From positions 13,144,001 to 13,208,000 of the forward strand of contig NC_043002.1 of assembly GCF_006345805.1 (NCBI RefSeq): DNA of 64,000 nucleotides, written 5' to 3'. This stretch comes from Octopus sinensis. Its lineage: Eukaryota. Made by a program: the position numbers and the translations under genes. The notes beneath the pieces were generated by a model. It was not told the origin of the DNA. It was given only the letters and a program-made list of their open reading frames with translations, and did no database searches. Shown here one piece after another: positions 26,064 to 37,599 of this stretch (the first letter of the stretch is position 1; every line of letters starts with the position of its first letter).

Positions 26064-26510
26064 ATATTTATATAAATATTTAATAATAGAATGTGCATCT
26101 GTAAGTTTGGGCACCTGATCTAAGAGTAATTTTCCACTAGATGTACACGTCTTGACACACTGACCTACTCACATACTTATAGCTAGCAGGCAGCCCAGAC
26201 TTCTTCAGTGTTTGATCTTTTCTTCTTCTATCTTTAACCATTCTATCTTTGGTAAACTCTCATCTACCTTCTTAATTACGTACACCATTCAGCTTCCACG
26301 TAAACCGCAAGCAGTCTAACAATCTCTTCAGTCTCCAGCCTCCCACATGCCATACATTCATTCAGTGCTATACTTATGCACCTAAACATTCTGTATAAGT
26401 CTGTTTCTCTGTCTGACTGTCTGCCTCTGTCTCTCTCTCTCTTAAAGACCCTTCCTATCATACACACACACACGAACACGTATTTTGCATGTGCACATAT
26501 ATATATATAT

Positions 26511-26950
26511 AGGCGCAGGAGTGGCTGTGTGGCAAGTAGCTTGCTAACCAACCACATGGTTCCGGGTTCAGTCCCACTGTGTGACATCTTGGGCAAGTGT
26601 CTTCTGCTATAGCCCCGGGCCGACCAATGCCTTGTGAGTGAATTTGGTAGCCGGAAACTGAAAGAAGCCTGTCGTATATATGTATATATATATTATATAT
26701 ATATATATATAATATTTATATTATATATATATATGTATGTATGTGTGTGTTTGTGTGTCTGTGTTGTCCCCCTAGCATTGCTTGACAACCGATGCTAGTG
26801 TGTTTAAGTCCCCGTCACTTAGCGGTTTGGCAAAAAAGAGACCGATAGAATAAGTACTGGGCTTGAAAGAATAAGTCCCGGGTCGATTTGCTCGACTAAA
26901 GGCGGTGCTCAAACATGGCCGCAGTCAAATGACTGAAACAAGTAAAAGAG
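26511..26950 (+). mobile_element. SINE family 1, full length
   Basis: AGGCGCAGGAGTGGCTGTGTGG head, B box, microsatellite centre, tail AGTAAAAGAG. Confidence 0.92.
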
Positions 26951-26960
26951 TATATATATA

Positions 26961-27115
26961 TTCTTTTACTTGTTTCGGTCATTTGACTGCGGCCATGCTG
27001 GAGCACCACTTTTAGTCGAGCAAATCGACACCAGGACTTATTCTAAGTGACGGAGACGTAAACACACCAACACCGGTTGTCAAGCGATGGTGAGGGACAG
27101 ACACAAACACAAATA

Positions 27116-27153
<38 letters not shown>

Positions 27154-27343
27154 CACACATATATAATTTATATATATACGACGGCTTTCTTTCGGTTTCC
27201 GTCTACCAAAATCCACTCACAAGGCTTTGGTCGGCCCGGGTCTATAGCAGAAGACACTTGCCCAAGGTGCCGCGTAGTGGGACTGAACCCGGAACCATGT
27301 GGAAGAGGAGCAAGCTTCTTACCACACAGCCACTCCTGCGCCC
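26961..27343 (-). mobile_element. SINE family 1, full length, tail-to-tail with 26511-26950
   Basis: Reverse-complement copy separated by 10 bp of TA repeat. Confidence 0.9.
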
Positions 27344-27418
27344 ATATATATCTGTGTGTGAGTGTATATATATATATCTATGTGTATATATATAGATATG
27401 TGTATATCTATGTATAAT

Positions 27419-27452
<34 letters not shown>

Positions 27453-27461
27453 ATATATATG

Positions 27462-27651
27462 TAGGTCCCGGGTTGATTCGGGGTTAACCACAGTAAATAA
27501 GGTACTCAATACATAGCAGAGTAAAATTAATTTATATATATAGAAGGAGCTTCTACAGGACTAGAACTGTTTCATTCAAGAGAAATCATCAGGCAATGAT
27601 GATTTCTCTTGAATGTAACAGTTCTAGTCCTGTAGAAGCTCCTTCTATATA
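27462..27651. repeat. PLE-type terminal-repeat relic with a 55-bp inverted repeat (27537-27591 / 27597-27651)
   Basis: One mismatch between arms, loop GGCAA; the minus strand reads CCTGATGA..GAAACAGTT. Confidence 0.75.
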
Positions 27652-27685
27652 ATATATATATATATATATCTATATATATATATAA

Positions 27686-27813
27686 CGGGAAGCTTTATGA
27701 AATAAACAAAAGACGAAGGCAGGTGGAATACAAACAAACAATTGTATTAGTATGGCGCTCAGGAATATAAATAAAACAAGTCTTTTACGTTTCGAGCCTA
27801 CGCTCTTCAACAG
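27686..27813 (-). mobile_element. Solo pLTR fragment of the 9207 PLE family with hammerhead motif (27782-27813), joined to TTAGGG repeats
   Basis: Homologous to 9207-9336; CUGUUGA-A-GAGC-GUAG-GCUC-GAAA-CG-UA-AAAG. Confidence 0.85.
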
Positions 27814-28179
27814 AGGGTTAGGGTTAGGGTTGGGGTTATATATATATATACACATCGTTACTATAATGTTCAAAGAGTTTCTTTTTCAAACAACGAAAAA
27901 ATAGTTCCACCATTCCATTTCTTTTTACATTAGCATCTGTTTCAGCTTAACAATAATACTTCGTTGGGTGCATAAAATCATAACACCATGCATGTATGAT
28001 ATTTTCAGTCAGAAATATTTTTGCCAAACTGTCGTATGTGGGACTTACTACGCTTTTGGAAAATGCTAGACTGTTGTAGTACACTTTGACAATTATTTAT
28101 ATCTTGGCATCTGCAGCAGCTGGAGATACGATAGTTTGAACAGAAGAATCGCCTATGTAAGCAAAGTTGAATATTTTTT

Positions 28180-28490
28180 ACTTTTCTTCTCTAGGCACAA
28201 GGCCCGAAATTTTTTGGGAAAGGGCCAGTCGATTAGACGAAATACCACAAAGCATTGCGCCCGACGTGCTGACGTTTCTTATTTCTTTATTGCCCACAAG
28301 GGGCTAAACACAGAGGGGACAAACAAGGACAGACAAAAGGATTAACTCGATTACATCGACCTCAGTGCGTAACTGGTACTTAATTTATCGACTCCGAAAG
28401 GATGATAGGCAAAGTCATCTCGGCGGAATTTGAACTCAGAACGTAAAGACAGACGAAATACCTATTTCTTTGCTACCCACAAGAGGCTAT
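28180..28490 (-). mobile_element. SINE family 2, multimeric composite
   Basis: Body units with both recurrent junction types. Confidence 0.8.
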
Positions 28491-28685
28491 CTTTTCCACT
28501 TCGAGGAACGTTAGCTCTCACATAAACCCCTGAATTCATTTCCTACATAAGTATATATTTTTGCTTCTTTTTTACCCTTGATAATGGTTGTATGGCTCTT
28601 TTCACGTCAAGTTATTTGCAAAAAGAATTTGATGATGAAATGAAAGATTACTCAATGCTTATAATTGATTAGTTGAATACATGTG

Positions 28686-28910
28686 TATTTCTTTACTACC
28701 CACAAGGGGCTAAAACACAAAGAGGACAAACAAGGACAGACACACGGATTAAGTCGATTATATCGATCCCAGTGCGTAACTGGTACTTATTTAATCGACC
28801 CCGAAAGGATGAAAGGCAAAGTGGACCTCGGCGGAATTTGAACTCAGAACGTAACAGCAGACGAAATACCGCTAAGCATTTCGCACGGCGTGCTAACGTT
28901 TCTGCTACAC
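28686..28910 (-). mobile_element. SINE family 2 monomer
   Basis: Head, B box and Tx1-like tail. Confidence 0.85.
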
Positions 28911-29185
28911 TCATTGTCTTAGCAAAATTAAAAATTGAAAAAACAAAAAACAAAAAAAAAAAAACCGCATTTGATCAAATTTGGACATACGACAGTTTAA
29001 CATAATAGAAACGATATGTATGTATGTATGTATGTATGTGTGTATGTGTTCGTGTGCGTGTTTGTGTATGTGTATTTGTTAACATATATACATAAACACA
29101 TACACATACACATACGTGTATTTGTGTATGCCGGTATGAAAGTAATGTGTGTGTGTTACACACACACACACGCGCACACACATAT

Positions 29186-29605
29186 ACTCTCTTTTACTCT
29201 TTTACTTGTTTCAGTCATTTGACTGCGGCCATGCTGGAGCACCGCCTTTAGTCGAGCAAATCAACCCCGGGACTTATTCTTTGTAAGCCCAGTACTTATT
29301 CTATCGGTCACTTTTTGCCGAACCGCTACGTGACGGGGACGTAAGCACACCAGCATCGGTTGTCAAGCAATGCTAGGGGTACAAACACAGACACACAAAC
29401 ACACACACATACATATATATATACATATATATACATATATACGACAGGCTTCTTTCAGTTTCCGTCTACCAAATTCACTCACATGGCATTGGTCGGCCCG
29501 GGGCTATAGCAGAAGACACTTGCCCAAGATGCCACGCAGTGGGACTGAACCCGGAACCATGTGGTTGGTTAGCAAGCTACTTACCACACAGCCACTCCTG
29601 CGCCT
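29186..29605 (-). mobile_element. SINE family 1, full length
   Basis: As other family-1 copies. Confidence 0.92.
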
Positions 29606-29629
29606 ATGTATATATATATATAAACCTGG

Positions 29630-29930
29630 CACGATTCCAGTTGATCGTATCTATAGAGCAATGTGCTACTGAAATGAACATGCAAGTGGCTGAGCACTCC
29701 GCAGACACGCGTACCCTTAACTTATCTCAGGGAGATTCAGCGTGACACAGAATGTGTCAAGGCTGGACATCTGAAATACAGGTACTATTCATTTTTCCCA
29801 CCCGAGTGACCTGGAGCAGCGTGAAATAAAGTGTCTTGCTCAAGGACACAGCGCATCACCGTGTATTGAACTCACGACCTTGTGATCGCGAACCGAATAC
29901 CTTAACCACTTAGCCACGCGTCTTTACTCA
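29630..29930 (-). mobile_element. SINE family 3 variant
   Basis: Head GCGTGGCTAAGTGGTTAAGG..GGTCGTGAGTTCAAT; body shared with 16871 and 63425. Confidence 0.75.
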
Positions 29931-30225
29931 CACGCGCACGTGTGGACACACGTATGTACACACTAAGAGAAAAGCATTACCAAAGTATAAATGAATAAAT
30001 ATATAAATGAATAAATAAATAATTATATAAATAAATAAATGAATAAATAAATAAATGAATAAATAAACGTATAGCGGAAATGAATTCAGGAATTCATGTG
30101 GGAGAAAGCCCCCCCCCCCTGAAGGGGAAAAGATACAATTTACCAATATATATAAATAAAACGACAGGTAATCTTTATACACACACACCACACACATTAT
30201 ATATATATATACATATAATACATAC

Positions 30226-30286
<61 letters not shown>

Positions 30287-30292
<6 letters not shown>

Positions 30293-30578
30293 TTATATTT
30301 CGGAATGGTCATATTGCCAGTTTAGCCAATAAAAACACGCGCACTATATATTTGGTGTTATTTGGCTGACGGTTAGTAAGGAGAGACACAAATAAGTGAG
30401 AAGAAAACAAAGGACCACTGATGCGGTCACAGGAGTGTGACGAAAGAACTTTGGCCGAAATAAGATTAAGATTAATGTAAAAAATAAATATCACTGAAGC
30501 AAAATAACACCAAATATATAGTGCGTGTGTTTTTATTGGCTAAACTGGCAATATGACCATTCCGAAATATAACGATAT
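30287..30578. repeat. 77-bp inverted repeat (30287-30363 / 30502-30578) enclosing a hammerhead-like motif
   Basis: One mismatch between arms; the spacer contains CTGATGC-G-GTCAC-AGGAGT-GTGAC-GAAA. Confidence 0.85.
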
Positions 30579-30632
30579 CTGTTTCAACACACGACTTCAC
30601 ATAAAAAATCTTGCACAACAAATATTTAAACG

Positions 30633-30669
<37 letters not shown>

Positions 30670-30677
30670 TATATATA

Positions 30678-30712
<35 letters not shown>

Positions 30713-30754
30713 ATGTTAATAAAATAGAACATATGCATATATATAAACATATAT

Positions 30755-31570
30755 GTACGTACCTACCTCTACATGTACATATACACGCATATATGTGTAC
30801 AGGACACCAAAAATACGTCGAACACAATGAGAAACGAAAACATAGACACAAACCAAGGAACAGGACAAGCAAAAAAGAAAAAAGAGATACAGGACACATA
30901 AGCACAACGAAGAATCCCCTTCTTCAGTCGCTAAGGTTTCATCTACTCTACGTTCGAAGGATAAAAGCGAGACGTATACTTCGAAGAAACCTTCCTTCCT
31001 GCGAAAAGCAATCAATTAAAATTCTGAGATCTTTTCGCAGAGGGGTAAAAAATGGTAAAAAAAGCAAGACGGTAACGACAGTACAAACATATAAACAGTA
31101 AAAAAAAATTATATATAAACAGTTGAAAAATAAATATAAACAGTGAGAGACAGGACAAGGAGAACAAGATAAGAAGGGCTGTTTACGCCAGACGAAAAAA
31201 GTAATGCAAACGCTGGATTATAGTGGACGACGAGAGAGAAAGAATGTCGACCAGTGGCCTTAGAAAGCGGGCGAGAAAAGACAGGATAGCAGTTACGACG
31301 GAAGTATCGTCGCAGATGGACGACGGGAATGGGGGAGGAGGAGCAAGAGGAAGAGAGAGAAGAAGGGGAATGGTGCGAGGAGACCATGAAGAATGGTGAG
31401 GGGGAGAGAGAATGAAATGAGAGAGAGAGGAAGAGACAAGTTAAGTGAGGGAAAAAGGACGAAAAAGGGAATGGAGAGAGAAAGAAAGAAGATGCAGAGT
31501 CGCGTGAGAGTTAATATCAAGGCTACTTGATAAACAGAACAATCTTACTTAATAGGGTGCGTGCGTTTAG
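30755..31570 (-). mobile_element. Non-coding PLE-like terminal unit (family B), related to 37600-38766
   Basis: Shares TTTTACCC..TTTCGCAGGAAGG..CCTTCGAAC..CTGA(A/T)GAAGGGGA with 38380-38510; flanked by a ~42-bp direct repeat (~30712 and ~31578). Confidence 0.6.
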
Positions 31571-31624
31571 TCGTATAATATGTTAATAAAATAGAACATA
31601 TGCATATATATAAACATACGTAAT

Positions 31625-32002
31625 TAATTAATAAGGGTGAGAGAATTAGATACTAATTTAATAGTATATTTATTCAACACCAAGTGGCCTAGTGCTACGA
31701 GAAACCTGGATTATTATAATATTTTACAACATATTATAATATTTTTACAAAATAAATATATGAGAGTGGTCACTATATTGCTCACTCTAGCACCAGTTAA
31801 TCCAAAAGGTTTCAACCACGAAATACATGCTTCCCATGAAAGCCAGTACGACTGCTAGCTCACACGGACAGGGCATATTTTTTATTTGCCCTGTCCGTGT
31901 GAGCTAGCAGTCGTACTGGCTTTCATGGGAAGCATGTATTTTCGTGGTTTGAAACCTTTTGGATTAACTGGTGCTAGAGTGAGCAATATAGTGACCACTC
32001 TC
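31625..32002. repeat. PLE-type terminal relic with a 114/116-bp inverted repeat (31762-31875 / 31887-32002)
   Basis: Arms differ only by two T-run indels, 11-nt loop; the left part is homologous in reverse to 9088-9150. Confidence 0.8.
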
Positions 32003-32042
32003 TTATATTTATTATATTATATAAACATACGTATATATATAT

Positions 32043-32431
32043 ACTCATTACTCTTTTACTTGTTTCAGTCATGTGACTGGCCATGCTGGGGCACTGCCTT
32101 TAGTCGAGCAAATCGACCCCCAGGACTTATTCTTTGTAAGCCTAGTACTTACTCTATCAATCTCTAAGTTACGAGGACGTAAACACACCAGCATCGGTTG
32201 TGAAGCGATGGTGGGGGGGGGGGACACAAAAACAGACACACAAACATATACACACACATACATACATATATACGACGGACTTCTTTCAGTTTCCGTCTGC
32301 CAAATCCACTCACAATGCTTTGGTCGGCCCGAGGCTATAGTAGAAGACACTTGCCCAAGGTGCCACGTAGTGGGACTGATCCTGGAACCATGTGAAAGGG
32401 GAGCAAGCTACTTACCAGACAGCCACCTCCT
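32043..32431 (-). mobile_element. SINE family 1
   Basis: As other family-1 copies. Confidence 0.88.
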
Positions 32432-32448
32432 ATATATATTATATATAT

Positions 32449-32486
<38 letters not shown>

Positions 32487-32659
32487 ACGACAGGTAACCT
32501 TTATACGTACCTATATGTATATATATACATATTTTGATAAATTTTATCTCTTCCACTTCGAGGAAGGTTAGCTCTCACATAAACCCCTGAATTTATTTCC
32601 TATATAAGTTTATATTTTTGCTTCTTTTTTACCCTTGATAATACTTATCTGTATATATA

Positions 32660-32980
32660 CACAGTAAAGCCTCACTTTTCGAGTTCCCGCTTTTACGAGA
32701 CCCCAGGTTTGCGAGTTTTATTTTTCTAGCACAAAACACAAATTTTGAACGAAGTGCGAAAGTTTCTACAACCATAACAAATAACCTCTGCGTGTTAGCG
32801 AGAAATTTATAGAGATCGAAAGAAAGTTTCTTCTGAGCAAACAACTCTAGACTTGTTTTTTAAAACGAAATCTACGAGTCCGTGTACGAGCGCTTGTGAA
32901 TTGGCGATCGCGTTTAAAAGTGATGGTGTGCCCGAGTCTAGAGCGAGTGAAAGTGATTCAGAAAACGATAATAGTACTAA
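32660..32980 (+). mobile_element. Possible pogo/Tigger-like DNA transposon end
   Basis: Begins CAGTAAAGCCTCAC after a TA-rich flank; no second TIR found. Confidence 0.3.
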
Positions 32981-33003
32981 TGATAATATTAATAGTAATA
33001 ATG

Positions 33004-33049
<46 letters not shown>

Positions 33050-33107
33050 TAATAATAATAATAATAATAATGATAATAATAAAATATAATAATAATAATA
33101 ATAATAA

Positions 33108-33150
<43 letters not shown>

Positions 33151-33222
33151 TAATAATAATAATAACATAATAATAATAATAATAATATAATAATAATGAT
33201 AATAATAATAATAATAATAATG

Positions 33223-33280
<58 letters not shown>

Positions 33281-33307
33281 TAATAATAATAATAATAATA
33301 ATAATAA
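32981..33307. repeat. (AAT)n with AAC/GAT variants
   Basis: Direct reading. Confidence 0.95.
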
Positions 33308-34158
33308 GGAACTACCAGGCCAATGTGATGAAAAATGGGAAACTACCAGGCCAATGTGATGAAAAATGGGAAACTACCAGGCCAATGTGATAAAAAATGG
33401 AGCAGACCCAAAATGCCGATTCTGCAACGACATGGTTGAAACAGTGGACCACCTAATCTCTGGATGTAAAGTTTTAGCACCAGTGGAGTATAAATTAAGA
33501 CATGACGGAGTTGGCCAATATCTCCACTGGCTAATAAGTCGGCATTACAATATCAAAACTGCCGACAAGTGGTATAATCACCACCCTGAGGCTGTAACTG
33601 AAGGAGAAAATGTAACCATTCTGTGGGACTTTCCAGTACATACAGACCGAACCATCAAGGCCAATAAACCAGATATTGTTGTGAAAGACCAAAACAATAA
33701 AGTTTGCTTATTGATCGACATGAGCATCCCCTGTGATCATAATATCTCAGCAAAAGAGTTTGACAAGCTCAGAAAATATAAAGACCTACTCATTGAAATT
33801 GAGAAAATGTGGCATCTCAAGGCGGTTACAATACCAGTGATCGTAGGAGCACTAGGAATGATCAAGAAGGGAACCGAAAATTATATGAGAATGATCTCTG
33901 GCTTACTATCCCTGCAAGAAGTGCAAAAGATTGTCTTAACTGGTACATCACACGTATTGAGAAGAGCATTGTCGATGTGAGAACTGTTGCTGCTCATGTA
34001 TTTTAATTTAACTTTAAAAAAAAAAAATAAAAAAAAATGAACGAACTACTGAGTTTGGTTTAATGGCCTACCAATATACACTATGAGTTTCTTTGCCCTA
34101 GGAGTCGGGAAGACACTCGGCAAGAAATGGAAGAAAATTTGAAAGAAGAAAAAAAAAA
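33308..34158 (+). mobile_element. 5'-truncated R4/Dong copy (zinc finger + RLE + 3'UTR) within (TAA)n
   Basis: CRFCNDMVETVDHLISGC, RHD, NKPDIVVKD..LLIDMSIP, KLRKYKDL, IPVIVGALG; triplicated 5' end; (AAT)n on both sides. Confidence 0.92.
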
Positions 34159-34166
34159 GTAATAAC

Positions 34167-34196
<30 letters not shown>

Positions 34197-34197
<1 letters not shown>

Positions 34198-34520
34198 GAA
34201 ATGGAGAAACTCTCAAAATACAAAGACCTGGAAATAGAGGTAACTAGTATGTGGAACCTGAAAACAGAAACAATTCCTATCATAGTAGGTGCATTAGGCA
34301 TGATAAAAAATTATTCAGACAAATACATAACAAAAACACCAGGACTTACAAACACATATAACATACAGAAAATTGCACTACTAGGCACTGCACACATCCT
34401 ACGCAGAACACTTTCCATACAATAACCATCAGAGCATCACAACAAATCACAGCACATACCCAAGGCACACATAGCTGCGTTCGGTAGTGAGGTGAAAGCA
34501 CGATATAAATATAAAACTAC
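34197..34520 (+). mobile_element. Second R4/Dong subfamily 3' end within (TAA)n
   Basis: EKLSKYKDLEIEV, IPIIVGALG, IQKIALLGTAHILRRTLS, distinct 3'UTR. Confidence 0.88.
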
Positions 34521-34545
34521 TGAATAATAATAATAATAATAATAG

Positions 34546-34680
34546 TAAACACTAAGTACAAAACCAAATATATGGCACCCTAGGCATAACACCAACACGA
34601 ACTTCCAACTTGTTGTCTGTTGAGGTCTCTGGGTGAGACTTGGAGCCAGCTTGTGCAAATGTAAAGCAAAAGTCAAACAT
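34546..34680 (+). mobile_element. Probable 3'UTR of a third R4/Dong-like family between (AAT)n tracts
   Basis: Short unique insert with (AAT)n on both sides; no coding evidence. Confidence 0.5.
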
Positions 34681-34686
34681 ATAATG

Positions 34687-34726
<40 letters not shown>

Positions 34727-34755
34727 TAATAATAATAACAACAATAATAACAATT

Positions 34756-34786
<31 letters not shown>

Positions 34787-34817
34787 ATGATGTGGTAATA
34801 ATAATAATAATAATAAC

Positions 34818-34852
<35 letters not shown>

Positions 34853-34902
34853 CAATAATAACAATAATAATAATAATAATATAATAATAACAACAATAAT
34901 AA

Positions 34903-34935
<33 letters not shown>

Positions 34936-35179
34936 GATAATAATAATAATATAATAATAAAGGGAAATGATTAATATAATAATAATAATAACAATAATAT
35001 AATAATAATATAATAACAACAATAAAACAATTATAATAATAATAATAATAATAATAACACATAATACAATTATAATAATAATAATCATAATAATAATAAT
35101 ATAATGATAATCATAATAATAATATATCATAATAAAATATAATAATAATAATATAATAATAATCATAATAATAATAATG

Positions 35180-35222
<43 letters not shown>

Positions 35223-35283
35223 CAATAATAACAATTAAGAATAATATAATAATAATAATAATAATAACAACAATAATAACAAT

Positions 35284-35321
<38 letters not shown>
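34681..35321. repeat. Long degenerate (AAT)n
   Basis: Direct reading. Confidence 0.95.
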
Positions 35322-35325
<4 letters not shown>

Positions 35326-35923
35326 GCAGTACCAGGCAGTATGCCCTGATGCAGTACCAGGCAGTAAATGCCCTGATGCAGTACCAGGCAGTGGCTCTCA
35401 TGGCTTCTGATCTTAACTGATTGGAAGTATTATCATGTACATTGTTTTGTCTTGGTATAAAAGATGGTCTACAGCAAATATTCTGCTCAATACCACAGAT
35501 TTGCTTGTCAGTTGTTTGACCTTAACCAGTTGACCATGTCCCTTAGTGGCTGACGATATGTGCATCTCTGACCACGAGCAGAAGTAGTGGGGGAGCATCA
35601 TAGCCATGTGTTGAGAGGGATTGTTTGGGGTTTGAATAATTCACCTCTGGAAACATGGGTGGTTCTTTCAACATCCTTAAACAACCCTTATTCAGGACCT
35701 TTTGAGCGGGATGGGCTACTCAACCTGAAGAAAATTCTAACTGGGCCCCACCTGCAAGGTCATGTGCTGTTTATCTTGATATGAGATCACCATGTCGCGC
35801 GCACATATGGTTGTGATGCATGTGCTGGTGTACCTTTATCAGACAGGTAGTCATGATGGGTATATTGGGCTTCGTATATTTTACCCCAGTGTCACTTTGA
35901 TGGCATGAACTGCTCTCTCACTC
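35322..35923 (+). mobile_element. ~600-bp non-coding interspersed element embedded in (TAA)n, with triplicated 5' end
   Basis: Partial second copy at 14255-14375; ends CTGCTCTCTCACTC followed by (AAT)n (35924-36098). Confidence 0.7.
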
Positions 35924-35950
35924 AATAATAATAATAATATAATAATATAC

Positions 35951-36004
<54 letters not shown>

Positions 36005-36042
36005 TAATACATAATAATAATGATAATAATAATAACAATAAC

Positions 36043-36099
<57 letters not shown>

Positions 36100-36547
36100 T
36101 CCGTTTTATTGTAAATGATCTTGACATTCTTTTTACTTTACATAAAATATTCTTTACATTCCGCTGTTGTTTTATTACCATGTATTTACGAGTATAATAA
36201 AGTTTATAAGTAAAATATTTTTCTGGTAACGAATTGCTATTTCTAACAGTGCTACTATGGGAAATTATTGCTCTGCTTTACGAGTTTCACTGTAAGAGCA
36301 GTCTGCAGTAACAAATTAACACGTATATCGAGGCACTACTGTATATAAAAGTTAATGCTTTCTTAAGTAGAATTGCACTTCATGTTTGAAACTTCGATGA
36401 AGCTAGAGAGTGAAACAGTAGCGCTTAAATATGAATGCATTGCGTCTTATTGCAGAGTTGTCCTCTTAATTTCGTTTTAATACAACTGTGTACTCGACTG
36501 ACGCTTTGTTCTGAAGCATACGCATGTATACACACACACACACACAC

Positions 36548-36596
<49 letters not shown>

Positions 36597-36597
36597 T

Positions 36598-36780
36598 AGG
36601 AGAGTTTACGAAAGAAACAAAAGACGAAGACAGGTGGTGTACAAAACAAACCGATGTATTAGTATAACGCTCAAAAATAAAAGTCTTTTACGTTTCGAGC
36701 CTACGCTCTTCTACAGAAAGACACAGAAAAAACAAGGAGAGAAAAAATGTGTGTAGTGGCTAACGATCTATCATGGTGAT
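36598..36780 (-). mobile_element. Solo pLTR of the 9207 PLE family with hammerhead motif (36685-36720)
   Basis: Same ends as 9207-9415; CUUU-CUGUAGA-A-GAGC-GUAG-GCUC-GAAA-CG-UA-AAAG. Confidence 0.85.
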
Positions 36781-36794
36781 ATATTATAATATAT

Positions 36795-36861
<67 letters not shown>

Positions 36862-36926
36862 GAGAGAAGGAGAAGAGCAGCTTAAAGTCTTATCTCCATG
36901 CATGTTCAGTGATAAGATCAATGATA

Positions 36927-37061
36927 AAATAAACCATCGACAATTCTCCTTGATACGAAAAGATGTAAGGTGGGCGAGATGAGTTAAGTCTATTTTAAGG
37001 TTAACGCATCTCGCCCGCTTTACATTATTTCGTATCAAGGAGAATTGTCGATGTTTTATTT
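36927..37061. repeat. ~61-bp imperfect inverted repeat (hairpin or MITE-like)
   Basis: Arms 36927-36987 and 37001-37061, about 6 mismatches, 13-nt loop. Confidence 0.8.
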
Positions 37062-37140
37062 AAATATTAATCATTCAACACGCATGGAGATAAGTTTTTA
37101 CAGCCCCCCCTTTCTCTCTCTCTCTCTCTATGTATGTATG

Positions 37141-37215
<75 letters not shown>

Positions 37216-37526
37216 ATATATATAGTCATTACAGATATAGGGTGAAATATAATTAATTTAATAAAATCAACAAATTTCACCTAGTAGTATTTCGGTATGG
37301 AAAATAACCATATTCGGTAAAAATTTATATAATTATAATAATAAGGGGGTTTTGCAACAGCCAAAAGACTACTCTTTCCTTTTACTACAAAAATTACTCT
37401 CCACAGACAACAATATTTGTAACTCACATATGGCATTTGTAGTAAAAGCAAATAGTAGTCATTTGGCTGCTATTTCTAAAATTTTCGGTATGTGGTTTAA
37501 GCAACTTGTTGCAAAAACAAACCTAT

Positions 37527-37582
<56 letters not shown>

Positions 37583-37599
37583 ATATATATACATAATTG

